A stretch of DNA of 64,000 nt from IMG/VR virus record IMGVR_UViG_3300025678_000009, positions 17,698-81,697 of that record. One strand, given 5' to 3'. This DNA is from a virus. Taxonomy: Duplodnaviria; Caudoviricetes. Shown piece after piece: positions 8,960 to 17,678 of this stretch (its first letter is position 1; every line of letters starts with the position of its first letter). A program made the position numbers and the translations under genes. Under the pieces are notes generated by a model that worked only from the letters and a program-made list of their open reading frames with translations, searched no databases and was not told where the DNA came from.

Positions 8960-9285
8960 AAAAATTACTAATTTTGTTAGTTACAATTATTTTTGTAGCT
9001 TGCAATAAAGAAAACGTAAATCCTAATAGTGTTTCAGATGAAAAGAACATCTATGGAAAATGGTATGTTAATAACCCTTCAGTATGGGTTATGAATATAT
9101 CTACTACAAGAATTACTTATACTAATGGAGCAGTTAAAGAAATTATTAGTATAGATGATACAGCAGTCTGGATAAAGAATCCAGGAACTTATCCTGGATA
9201 TGTACATTGGGTATATAGATTATCTATAGATGGAGATACACTTGAATTTAAAAATAGAAGCACTCTTATTAAATTTAAGTTATGA
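8956..9285 (+). CDS. putative lipoprotein
   Basis: MKK, hydrophobic stretch and lipobox FVAC. Confidence 0.65.
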   Translation: MKKLLILLVTIIFVACNKENVNPNSVSDEKNIYGKWYVNNPSVWVMNISTTRITYTNGAVKEIISIDDTAVWIKNPGTYPGYVHWVYRLSIDGDTLEFKNRSTLIKFKL

Positions 9286-9374
9286 GTATAAAAAATATTA
9301 AAGAATTAATTCTGTACACAACAGAATTAATAGGCTTGTTTTTATTAGCTTATTTATCAAATTAACAATTGTAG

Positions 9375-9446
9375 AAGCCCTGATTGAGCAAAAACTAAAT
9401 AGATTTCTATCTATAGGAGTATACTGGTTCATCAGGGTTTTTTTTT
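9375..9446 (+). terminator. terminator-like hairpin with large loop
   Basis: AAGCCCTGAT / ATCAGGGTT followed by T-tract. Confidence 0.5.
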
Positions 9447-9462
9447 ATTTAAAATCTTGAAT

Positions 9463-9648
9463 ATGGAATTACCAATACTTAAACCTATAAAATACATAAA
9501 TGTACCAGGACATAAATCTACTATTGAATATGGTAGATATTTAGTTGTTCGTAAGGATGGTAAAAAACATCTTGAAACTTTCAATGGTACAGGATGAGCA
9601 TATAATAATAATTCTATTGTTGCATATTATTTACCTAAAATTGATTAA
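9463..9648 (+). pseudogene. small phage gene with in-frame TGA at codon 45
   Basis: MELPILKP...ETFNGTG*AYNNNSIVAYYLPKID reads on past TGA at 9595-9597. Confidence 0.5.
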
Positions 9649-9651
9649 ATT

Positions 9652-9987
9652 ATGGAAAAACTATTGTTATTAATCTTATTAATACCTATTTTTGGGTATG
9701 GTAGAAATTTGAAAATATCAAAACAGATAGGTTTTGATGGAAAAAGTATTATCTATAAAGATACTTCATTTATTATTGAATATGATTGCAATAAAATAAA
9801 AATTGCCGATAAAGAATATTTAATCAAAAGAACTGTATCTGCTGACTTTGATAGTGAAATGGTCATAGATGAGTACTATAATAAAGATATTAAACTTATT
9901 TTAAAAATAGATGTAATGAATTCATCTATCTTACAAGTAGAAATATGGAAAAAACCATTTAATTACGTTCAAATATTTAGATTATGA
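9652..9987 (+). CDS. hypothetical exported protein
   Basis: N-terminal signal-peptide-like segment. Confidence 0.6.
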   Translation: MEKLLLLILLIPIFGYGRNLKISKQIGFDGKSIIYKDTSFIIEYDCNKIKIADKEYLIKRTVSADFDSEMVIDEYYNKDIKLILKIDVMNSSILQVEIWKKPFNYVQIFRL

Positions 9988-10169
9988 AAGTAACTTTTAA
10001 AAAAAACGGAAAGTATTCAATTATTTTAATTCCCGAAGATGACATTGAATCTGGGATATTAAAAAAGATAGCTGATGCCAATGAAGGTGTACAGTTAGTT
10101 ACTGAACCTACAAGAATGATTGAAGAAACAATATCTATAGGTAGCGTAATTATAGCTGAGATGAAATAG
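9984..10169 (+). CDS. hypothetical protein
   Basis: ATGA overlap with upstream ORF. Confidence 0.55.
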   Translation: MKVTFKKNGKYSIILIPEDDIESGILKKIADANEGVQLVTEPTRMIEETISIGSVIIAEMK

Positions 10170-10299
10170 TCATTTTTTTACTTAATGCTAAATTAAAAGC
10201 CCTTATTAATTTAAGAATACATTTAGCAGAGGTTTCTACCTCTATAAAAACAGAAAGGAAATTTTTATAAAAATAAACAAACTTTTAAAATTAAAAAAA

Positions 10300-10719
10300 A
10301 TGGAACAAATTAGTTTAAAACAATTATTTAAAAAAGGAGTATTTAATGCAGTAAGTGTATTGCGTGAAAATGAAAATGGTTATCCTTATGTAACTCTACT
10401 TCGTACAACTTCTAAAGGTACAGCATCACAAAATGTGTATTTTGGTCAGAAAACTGCCCAGATTGTATCTGATACATTTAATGTAGGAGATAAAATTGAT
10501 TCAATGTTAGCAGATGCGCAAGTAATCAAAACTAAAAATGCAGATAATGAAGTGAGATTTAAATTATCTACTAACCCTACTTCAGATTATGCTTCTGAAC
10601 AACAATTAGCTGATATTTTTGGAGTAGATGCTCCTGAAAATGATTTTGATACAGAAATGTTTCAAAAAGGATTTCAGGTTCGTGAATCAGTTCCTGTTGG
10701 AGCAGGAATGGCTGGATAG
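10300..10719 (+). CDS. hypothetical protein
   Basis: 139-aa ORF with strong A-rich start. Confidence 0.7.
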   Translation: MEQISLKQLFKKGVFNAVSVLRENENGYPYVTLLRTTSKGTASQNVYFGQKTAQIVSDTFNVGDKIDSMLADAQVIKTKNADNEVRFKLSTNPTSDYASEQQLADIFGVDAPENDFDTEMFQKGFQVRESVPVGAGMAG

Positions 10720-10735
10720 TTATCCACTGTTTATA

Positions 10736-10789
10736 TAAACAAACGCCAGAGGTGAAATGACGTAAAAGCCTCTATTATTTTTTATTTGA
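10736..10789 (+). repeat. conserved-loop hairpin, copy 1
   Basis: TAAACAAAC, stem AGAGG/CCTCT, loop TGAAATGACGTAAAAG, then TATTTTTTA. Confidence 0.6.
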
Positions 10790-11536
10790 ATGATTTTATT
10801 AATGAAAGAGGAAGGAATTTTTATAGAAGGTTTTAATAATAAATATAAAATATTTTCTACAGGAGAAATAATATCGCTTTATAGATTTGCTAATAATGGT
10901 AAAAAAATAAATACTTTTATACCAATAAAGTTTAGTTATGAATCTAAAACTAAACAGTATCAATGCTCTCTTTCTTCTAAAATATATAATGTGAAAACAC
11001 TTTTTATAAAGTATTTTAATTTAAATCCTCCTAATAATTTTCAAAGATTTACTTTAGACTTTAAAAATGAAAAAGGAAATTTTAATCTAAATAATTTATA
11101 CTTTAAACCTTTACTTTTATCAAAAGCAAATTTTTTACCTGAAGTAATTACAAATAAAAATAATGAACCTATTCAAAAAAAATGTATCGAATGTGGAAAA
11201 ATTAAAGATATTAAATTTTTTATAAAACAAGTTAATCAAAATTTAACTACTTTTAGAAATAAATGTAATACTTGTAGAAAAGATAATTTATTGCTTGAAG
11301 TTAAAAATAATCCTGATAAAAGAAAAACTTATTTGGAATATCAAAGAAAAAGAAGAAGTTTAGAACATGTAAAAGAATATCATAAACAATATGATAAAGA
11401 ATACAGAAAAACTCTTCCAAAAACTTATGTAGCACAAATATTAAGAATGTCTGTTAATGATTTGCCTGAATCTTTATATAAATTAAAAAAAGAACAAATT
11501 ATATTATCTAAAAAATTGAAAAATGAAAAATGCTGA
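10790..11536 (+). CDS. endonuclease-associated or Zn-finger phage protein
   Basis: NUMOD4/HNH-like N-terminal region and CxxC...CxxC. Confidence 0.55.
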   Translation: MILLMKEEGIFIEGFNNKYKIFSTGEIISLYRFANNGKKINTFIPIKFSYESKTKQYQCSLSSKIYNVKTLFIKYFNLNPPNNFQRFTLDFKNEKGNFNLNNLYFKPLLLSKANFLPEVITNKNNEPIQKKCIECGKIKDIKFFIKQVNQNLTTFRNKCNTCRKDNLLLEVKNNPDKRKTYLEYQRKRRSLEHVKEYHKQYDKEYRKTLPKTYVAQILRMSVNDLPESLYKLKKEQIILSKKLKNEKC

Positions 11537-11711
11537 AAAATTAACTCAAGATTTAATGACTGTTTTTGATAGAGTTCAAAAGGGAGAGGTTGATACAAAA
11601 CATGCTCATGCTATGGCAAAAATTGCAAATAGTGCTGTAAATATTTGTAAAGTTCAATTAAACTACAACAAACAAAAAAATTATACTAAAAAAATAAAGT
11701 TTTTAGAATAA
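11523..11711 (+). CDS. small helical protein coupled to upstream gene
   Basis: overlapping ORF with a common phage pattern. Confidence 0.6.
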   Translation: MKNAEKLTQDLMTVFDRVQKGEVDTKHAHAMAKIANSAVNICKVQLNYNKQKNYTKKIKFLE

Positions 11712-11713
11712 TT

Positions 11714-11768
11714 TAAACAAACCCTTGAAGTTGAAATAAGGTAAAAGACTTCAATATTTTTTAATTGA
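11714..11768 (+). repeat. conserved-loop hairpin, copy 2
   Basis: TAAACAAAC, stem TTGAAGT/ACTTCAA, loop TGAAATAAGGTAAAAG, then TATTTTTTA. Confidence 0.6.
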
Positions 11769-11783
11769 CTAAATACCAAAATA

Positions 11784-12179
11784 ATGTCAATTTATTTATC
11801 AAAAGCAACAGAAAAAGATTTAACTAATCTTCAAAAAATAGCTGATAGAGAAGATGAACTTATTGAAATGAGAGACAGATATGGAATCTTATTAGCAGTA
11901 GGTACATCTATAAAAGCCCTAACAGAAGTAAAAGATAAAAATAATAAACCTCTTTATAGAGTAGATTCTTACAAAAAATTAAATCATGACCATTTAGAAG
12001 AAGTTATTACTTATGATGTTCGATTAGACATTTATTCAGGTAAAAAGAATATTATACACAAATTTCAAGAAAGATTTGATAAACAAGAAGGTTATTGGTT
12101 TTTTATGGCTAAAAAGTGGTTCAATTTTTCTTCTAATGTATTAATAGGTTCAGATTGTATCATTAACAAATTAAAATAA
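11784..12179 (+). CDS. hypothetical protein
   Basis: 131-aa ORF. Confidence 0.65.
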   Translation: MSIYLSKATEKDLTNLQKIADREDELIEMRDRYGILLAVGTSIKALTEVKDKNNKPLYRVDSYKKLNHDHLEEVITYDVRLDIYSGKKNIIHKFQERFDKQEGYWFFMAKKWFNFSSNVLIGSDCIINKLK

Positions 12180-12184
12180 ATAAT

Positions 12185-12454
12185 ATGAATCCAGTAACTC
12201 AAGCAGAAAATGAAGGAAGGCTAATATTTTTTCGAAATGGACAATACAAATATATTCCTTCTAAAAAAGCTCAAGCAAAAATAAACGAATCTAAAAGACC
12301 ATTTGATTCAGAAAAAGCCAATAAAATGCATGATTTGAAGATTTCCTTTAGAAAACATATTTGGAATGAAGTTGATAGAAGATTATCCAAAATAGAAAAA
12401 TATGTAGATAAAGGGTTAGTTAAAATTCAAAACAAAGAATTTATTTTAAATTAA
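12185..12454 (+). CDS. hypothetical protein
   Basis: 89-aa ORF. Confidence 0.6.
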   Translation: MNPVTQAENEGRLIFFRNGQYKYIPSKKAQAKINESKRPFDSEKANKMHDLKISFRKHIWNEVDRRLSKIEKYVDKGLVKIQNKEFILN

Positions 12455-12721
12455 ATCTTCATCTTTAAGAATTTGTTTATAGATGTCTTCTTCGAACTCT
12501 TCGAGGGAGGCATCTATTATTTCTTTTTCTTTATCAAAAAACTTCAATTCGTCTTCTATCTCTGCTAAATCAGTATTAGCCCAATTTCTTACACTATCTT
12601 TAAAGAAAATAATTTCTTGATAGACAGCCTTACCTTCAGGTGTAGAAAAATCAACTTTTTCATAGTCATCATAGTCAACTTCTATTGTTTCTCCTGTAGC
12701 AAGTGTTATTTTTAATCCCAT
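12446..12721 (-). CDS. highly acidic small protein, lone antisense gene
   Basis: 27 D/E in 91 aa; second ATG preferred because the first lies 1 nt from the -7 box. Confidence 0.65.
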   Translation of the reverse strand: MGLKITLATGETIEVDYDDYEKVDFSTPEGKAVYQEIIFFKDSVRNWANTDLAEIEDELKFFDKEKEIIDASLEEFEEDIYKQILKDEDLI

Positions 12722-12743
12722 TATATTTAATTTACTTTTCATT

Positions 12744-12751
12744 CAAAGATA
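12744..12751 (-). promoter_or_regulatory. -7 promoter box TATCTTTG
   Basis: consensus box directly upstream of the antisense gene. Confidence 0.6.
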
Positions 12752-12793
12752 TAACAAAAATTTAATAAAAATATTACTTAATAATTTAATAAT

Positions 12794-14461
12794 ATGAAAA
12801 CGTTAAAAGATTTTACTCCTGAAATACAAGCTAAAATACCTGAATACCAAAACAGAGTTTTAGAACCAATTTTTAATGGTTCTAAATACCATAATTTTGA
12901 TATTGAAAAAGCAAAAAAAGCAATAAAATGGAATTATGAAAAATGTGGGTATAAAATGCCAATAGTGTTAGTAGCAGAAAACCCACTAGAGCAACAATAT
13001 CTATTTAATTATTTAAAACTAAATATTAAAAAATACGAGAAAACATTATATGTTTTAAATAATGAATTTGTAGAAATAAAAATAAATGATATAAAATGTA
13101 AAATAAGCAGCTATTTTATATTGTTTTTTAATTTTACAAATCTAAGCATAGATAATCAGCTTCGTAGTCAGCTTGATAGTCAGCTTAGTAGTCAGCTTGA
13201 TAGTCAGCTTAGTAGTCAGCTTGATAGTCAGCTTCGTAGTCAGCTTGATAGTCAGCTTGATAGTCAGCTTAGTAGTCAGCTTTATAGTCAGCTTCGTAGT
13301 CAGCTTAATAGTCAGCTTAGTAGTCAGCTTTATAGTCAGCTTCGTAGTCAGCTTCGTAGTCAGCTTGATAGTCAGCTTAGTAGTCAGCTTGATAGTCAGC
13401 TTGATAGTCAGCTTAGTAGTCAACTTTATAGTCAGCTTCGTAGTCAGCTTTATAGTCAGCTTGATAGTCAGCTTCGTAGTCAGCTTGATAGTCAGCTTAG
13501 TAGTCAGCTTGATAGTCAGCTTAATAATCAGCTTTATAATCAACTTAATAGTCAGCTTCGTAATGAACTCAAAAAATGTAAACTAAAAGATTTATCAAAA
13601 TATAACCCCAACTATCTGTTTACATTAAACATTTATTCAGAAGTCTATTATACCTGGTTCGAATTTATAAGAAAGGAATTTGACTTACCTTTAACTATTA
13701 ATGATGATTTTCAAGAATGTTTTAAATTACATTCTGAGTCTAATATTTATTCTGCAATTTTTTCAAAAGAAGTTTGTGTTATTTCTAAATATCCTTTAGA
13801 AATACATCAGGAAAAAACTCAATTCAGATTAAATAACATAGAAAAATCTGCTGTTATATGGTCTAATTCTTTTGCTCCTTTTGATTGTTACTATGTAAAT
13901 GGATTAAATATTTCTAAAGATTTATTTGAAAAATTATCCAAAAAAGAAGTAACATTTGAGGATTGGATGAAAGAACCAAATGAAGAAATTAAAGCAGCAA
14001 TATTAAGTTTCTATCAACAAAAGTTTGGAGATGAATATTTATTTCAATTTTTATCTAAAAATTTAAAAGAAATTGATACATTTGTAGATAAAAAAGACAG
14101 TAAGTATTTAGAAAGAACTACTAAGGGAATGAACATTGGTGTTTATACTTTATTCAAAGGGAATGTAAATGATGTAGATATAGCTTATATAAGATGTTAT
14201 TGTCCATCAACAGATAGAATGTTTTTTCTTGGTGTAAACCCTGAAAATACAAATGCTAAAGATGCAATAGCTTCATTATATCAAGTTCCACGAAAACTTA
14301 AAGATGAAATAGTTAGTATCCAAAGACAAGGTGAAATTTTTAGTACTAATTTTACAGAAAATGGATTATTTTTACTGAAAGAAATGAAACAAGAAGATAT
14401 ACAAGACATGACATCTATTTCAGGAAATGATTATTTTAAACTAATAAAATATGAATATTAA
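12794..14461 (+). CDS. DUF6745-like protein with internal (SQLx)34 repeat
   Basis: FTPEIQAKIPEY N-terminus; YYTWFEFI, CVISKYP, RLNN..KSAV, YYVNG and EPNEEIK match my recollection of the family. Confidence 0.7.
   Translation: MKTLKDFTPEIQAKIPEYQNRVLEPIFNGSKYHNFDIEKAKKAIKWNYEKCGYKMPIVLVAENPLEQQYLFNYLKLNIKKYEKTLYVLNNEFVEIKINDIKCKISSYFILFFNFTNLSIDNQLRSQLDSQLSSQLDSQLSSQLDSQLRSQLDSQLDSQLSSQLYSQLRSQLNSQLSSQLYSQLRSQLRSQLDSQLSSQLDSQLDSQLSSQLYSQLRSQLYSQLDSQLRSQLDSQLSSQLDSQLNNQLYNQLNSQLRNELKKCKLKDLSKYNPNYLFTLNIYSEVYYTWFEFIRKEFDLPLTINDDFQECFKLHSESNIYSAIFSKEVCVISKYPLEIHQEKTQFRLNNIEKSAVIWSNSFAPFDCYYVNGLNISKDLFEKLSKKEVTFEDWMKEPNEEIKAAILSFYQQKFGDEYLFQFLSKNLKEIDTFVDKKDSKYLERTTKGMNIGVYTLFKGNVNDVDIAYIRCYCPSTDRMFFLGVNPENTNAKDAIASLYQVPRKLKDEIVSIQRQGEIFSTNFTENGLFLLKEMKQEDIQDMTSISGNDYFKLIKYEY
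13154..13561 (+). repeat. coding tandem repeat, 34 x 12 bp (AGTCAGCTTNNT)
   Basis: units counted directly; variation is almost confined to the 4th codon (CGT/GAT/AGT/TAT/AAT). Confidence 0.97.
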
Positions 14462-14651
14462 ATTCATGATTATTCTATCAACCATTTTATGTATATTTGC
14501 TAATTGTATTAGATTTGCAGAATTAGCAGACTATACAATAATTACAAGTTTTAAAGATTATTTAAAAATTAATAATTATATAACTTTAAAATATAATTTT
14601 GTATGGTTATTAATAACTTGTATATTAATTTTTATTCATTATAAACTTTAA
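14451..14651 (+). CDS. small membrane protein
   Basis: two hydrophobic segments. Confidence 0.5.
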   Translation: MNIKFMIILSTILCIFANCIRFAELADYTIITSFKDYLKINNYITLKYNFVWLLITCILIFIHYKL

Positions 14652-14655
14652 AAGT

Positions 14656-15156
14656 ATGACTGATTTTTTTAAATATAAAGGATATACTATTTTTAAAAAT
14701 GGTGATATAATAGGTAAATATAATAAAAAATTATCCCCAAAAGATAATAGAAAAGGTTATAAAACAATTGGAATACACTTTGATAATAAAGTAAAATATG
14801 AATATATACATAGATTAATCGCTATTCATTTTATACCAAATCCTGAAAATAAGCCTTGTGTTAATCATATTGATGGAAATAAAAGTAATAATTCTGTAGA
14901 TAATTTAGAATGGGTTAGTTATTCAGAAAATGTAAAACATGCATATAACAACAATTTATGGAATAACCAAATAAAAAATAATAGAGTAGGTAAAAACAGT
15001 TCTAAAAAAGTTATAGATATATCTAATAGTAAGATATTTAATTCAGCAAAAGAGTTATCAGAAGAGTTAAATATAAATTATACTCACTTATTACAAAATT
15101 TAAGAGGGGAAAGAAGAAGTAAAAATTTATCAAAATTTAAATATTTAAACAAATAA
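14656..15156 (+). CDS. HNH homing endonuclease
   Basis: IHRLIAIHFIPNPENKPCVNHIDGNKSNNSVDNLEW. Confidence 0.9.
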   Translation: MTDFFKYKGYTIFKNGDIIGKYNKKLSPKDNRKGYKTIGIHFDNKVKYEYIHRLIAIHFIPNPENKPCVNHIDGNKSNNSVDNLEWVSYSENVKHAYNNNLWNNQIKNNRVGKNSSKKVIDISNSKIFNSAKELSEELNINYTHLLQNLRGERRSKNLSKFKYLNK

Positions 15157-15158
15157 AA

Positions 15159-15404
15159 ATGGAAAATTTAAAAGAGAAACAAAGAGTCAATGTTGCAAGT
15201 AAAGAATCTACAAACGGTCATTGGTGTAAAGGTGCAAAAAAAGTAGTAATGTTAGATAAAATTACAGAAACTTCATTTATTGAGGGAGATTGTATTTTAT
15301 CTACAAAAAACCATACAGATTTAGAAATGAAGTCTGATTGTTTAATTACAATTCAAAATGTGTATAATCCTTTAACACAAATGTTAGAAAAATCAAAAGA
15401 TTAA
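15159..15404 (+). CDS. small His-containing partner of DUF6745-like proteins
   Basis: ESTNGHW...KNHTDL...IQNVYNP...KSKD resembles the GExTGHxH...QREYxP...VxD pattern. Confidence 0.5.
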   Translation: MENLKEKQRVNVASKESTNGHWCKGAKKVVMLDKITETSFIEGDCILSTKNHTDLEMKSDCLITIQNVYNPLTQMLEKSKD

Positions 15405-15709
15405 TGATAGGAATAGATATAAAAAACGGACAATTTGTAGTATATCCTTCAGGAGAAGTTTTAACTTCTCTTGAAGGTAAAATTACCAAATCCTATTATA
15501 GAAAAGTAGGAGAAAAGTATCAATTAAAAGTATGTTTTGAAAAAGATGGACAAGAATATACATTGAATTGTATAACAGGTAATGTTACATATCAATCTTT
15601 AGTGACAACTTTGATTGAAAATACAGAAGATATGAATATTTCTATAGAAAGAAAAAATAATGGAATGCAGGATTATTATTTAATAAAAAATAACAAAATA
15701 TTAATATAA
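15404..15709 (+). CDS. hypothetical protein
   Basis: 101-aa ORF. Confidence 0.6.
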   Translation: MIGIDIKNGQFVVYPSGEVLTSLEGKITKSYYRKVGEKYQLKVCFEKDGQEYTLNCITGNVTYQSLVTTLIENTEDMNISIERKNNGMQDYYLIKNNKILI

Positions 15710-15728
15710 ATTTATCTATATTTGTTCC

Positions 15729-16724
15729 ATGAACAAAAAGATAAAAATATTAACATTAGTAAATTTAGGGGGGAGTAAATACCATAGAGTAATTATTCCC
15801 CTCGATTTATTAGACAAAGAAAAGTACGAAGTGGTATATCTCAATGAAAAGTTTGTAATAGAACAATCTGTAAAAGATATAGATTATTTATATATTCATT
15901 GGAGACAACATACAAAATGCATATACCTTTCTTTATGGAAAGAAAAATATGGGTTCAAAATTATCCAAGATATAGATGATTATTGGGTATTGCCTCATAA
16001 TCACTACGCTCAAAAAAGAATTACTGAAATAAAAAATCAATTATTTGATCAACTTACTCTTGCAGATATTGTTTTATGCTCAACACAATTTTTAGTGGAC
16101 AAATGTCAAAAATTTAATGACAATTGTCATCTCAGAGAAAATTATATACCTATAGATTACCAACAATTTCAACCTGAATTCATAAAGGTTGAAAATAGAA
16201 AACCAACTATAGGTATATGTGGTTCTTTGAGTCATTATGACGATTGGATGTCTATAAGAAATCAATTAAAAAGAATACAAAGTTTAGATAAATACTTTGA
16301 CTTTGTAGTTGCAGGTTATGCTGATGAAAATAAAAGTTCTAAAGACAGATGGGATAAAATAGTAAGATTATTTAAAAATCCTAAAGTTTATAGACATCTT
16401 CCTGTAAATCAATACATTAATTTCTATAAACACATTGATATTTTATTAGCTCCTTTAGAAGTAAATGAATTCAATAAATCTAAAAGTGGTTTAAAGATAT
16501 TAGAAGCTGGAGTAAAATCTACTATTACGCTTTCTAATAATCTATATAGAGAAAAAGGTATTGATACCTATTTATCTGTAGATGATAAATCTTATTTTGA
16601 ACACTTAAGTGAATTAAAAAATATAGATATATTAAATGATTATAAACAATCATTTTATCAATTAATAATAGAAAAAAACAAACAACTTCAAATAACTAAT
16701 CAATTAGATAAATTTTTGATATGA
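15729..16724 (+). CDS. glycosyltransferase (GT-B, GT4-like)
   Basis: YHRVIIP, DIDDYW, ADIVLCST and DILLAPL...FNKSKSGLKILEAG. Confidence 0.8.
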   Translation: MNKKIKILTLVNLGGSKYHRVIIPLDLLDKEKYEVVYLNEKFVIEQSVKDIDYLYIHWRQHTKCIYLSLWKEKYGFKIIQDIDDYWVLPHNHYAQKRITEIKNQLFDQLTLADIVLCSTQFLVDKCQKFNDNCHLRENYIPIDYQQFQPEFIKVENRKPTIGICGSLSHYDDWMSIRNQLKRIQSLDKYFDFVVAGYADENKSSKDRWDKIVRLFKNPKVYRHLPVNQYINFYKHIDILLAPLEVNEFNKSKSGLKILEAGVKSTITLSNNLYREKGIDTYLSVDDKSYFEHLSELKNIDILNDYKQSFYQLIIEKNKQLQITNQLDKFLI

Positions 16725-16870
16725 AAGTAAAGTTTCTAAACATGTGTTCAAGAAAAGATAACGGGACACTATTTTTTGCAATCCTGCCAACAATAACTAT
16801 AGCATCTAATAAAAATCAAAATTATTTGTATTTTGCTTGGTTAAATTATTTAATCGTAATAGAGATATAA
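16721..16870 (+). CDS. 49-aa hypothetical protein
   Basis: ATGA overlap with the glycosyltransferase stop; translated by hand, not in ORF track. Confidence 0.45.
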   Translation: MKVKFLNMCSRKDNGTLFFAILPTITIASNKNQNYLYFAWLNYLIVIEI

Positions 16871-16910
16871 ATTTTAAAGAAACACAAATATGTCAAACGA
16901 AGAACAAAAC

Positions 16911-16940
16911 GGCTTTTTTTGCCAATACATTGTTAGCAGC
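16911..16940 (+). repeat. attC-like site A (right arm only)
   Basis: GTTAGCAGC at 16932 is the exact complement of GCTGCTAAC at 17151. Confidence 0.6.
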
Positions 16941-16956
16941 AGTAACGGATTTAAAA

Positions 16957-17145
16957 ATGGAACATTCAAAACAAGAAAAAGAAATTTACGAATTAGCAGA
17001 ACTTTTGATGCAGTCTGAAAACTTAGAAGCAAGTGCAACTATCCTTCGTGATTTTGCTGAAAAATGTTACCAAGAAGGTGCAATAGATGCTCAAAATGAT
17101 GCGGCAAAAGAAATACGTGAACACTATGTAGAAGGTGGTCGGTAG
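16957..17145 (+). CDS. cassette 1 gene, hypothetical
   Basis: internal ATG 16957; upstream ATG 16890 is in frame only if the T7 run at 16914-16920 were T6. Confidence 0.6.
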   Translation: MEHSKQEKEIYELAELLMQSENLEASATILRDFAEKCYQEGAIDAQNDAAKEIREHYVEGGR

Positions 17146-17150
17146 TTATT

Positions 17151-17236
17151 GCTGCTAACGGGATGCAGCTATACGCAGTTGTGTGTAGGATTTGTGCGGT
17201 GGGAAAATTGCGTATAGGTGCTGTTATATGAAGTAG
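17151..17236 (+). repeat. attC-like site B
   Basis: TAAC GGGAT GCAGCTATACGCAGTT ... AATTGCGTATAGGTGC T GTTA. Confidence 0.8.
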
Positions 17237-17324
17237 GGATTATTTAGCAGAAACTTCATTTGGAACACGAAAATAAATTTAAAATAAAAGCCTTGGGCGG
17301 GCTTCGTAAAACCCAATAAATAAA

Positions 17325-17612
17325 ATGGATAAATTATCTGACGCACCATTAGAGTCAATGGTTGCACCAATACAAAGAGAGCCTAAAATGGGCAAGGTTT
17401 ACATCGGAACAAAAGTAATCCGTGCAGAACCTATGAGTAATGAAGCGTGGCTACGTTCACAAAACAAATGGCAGGAAGGACAAGAAACTGCTGGTGATGG
17501 CTATAAAGTTCAATACGAAGATGGTTACTTATCTTGGTCGCCTAAGCACGTTTTTGAACGCTGTTATCGTGAGCTTACGCCACAAGAAGTAGGAATGGTA
17601 ATCGAGTATTAA
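17325..17612 (+). CDS. cassette 2 gene, conserved phage domain (YIGTK...GYKVxYEDGYxSWSPKxVFE)
   Basis: recognisable widespread phage motif, function unknown. Confidence 0.75.
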   Translation: MDKLSDAPLESMVAPIQREPKMGKVYIGTKVIRAEPMSNEAWLRSQNKWQEGQETAGDGYKVQYEDGYLSWSPKHVFERCYRELTPQEVGMVIEY

Positions 17613-17678
17613 TTATCAGTGCGGTGGGGCTTTTATTTTAAATTTCTAAACGAAATGCTTAATCGAAGCTCTACCGTC

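Noticed and set aside
13154-13561. CRISPR array or DGR variable region
   Set aside because: There are no spacers, the unit is only 12 bp and it is in frame. No reverse transcriptase or template repeat is present in the window, and the other adenines in the unit are almost invariant.
13142-13586. Two extra ORFs (13142-13543 minus, 13173-13586 plus) over the tandem repeat
   Set aside because: They are stop-free frames created by the 12-bp repeat and give low-complexity TIKL/IVSL products.
16757-16790. GATAACGGGAC as the missing left arm of site A
   Set aside because: The following sequence is not complementary to the site A right arm, and it lies inside the 49-aa ORF.
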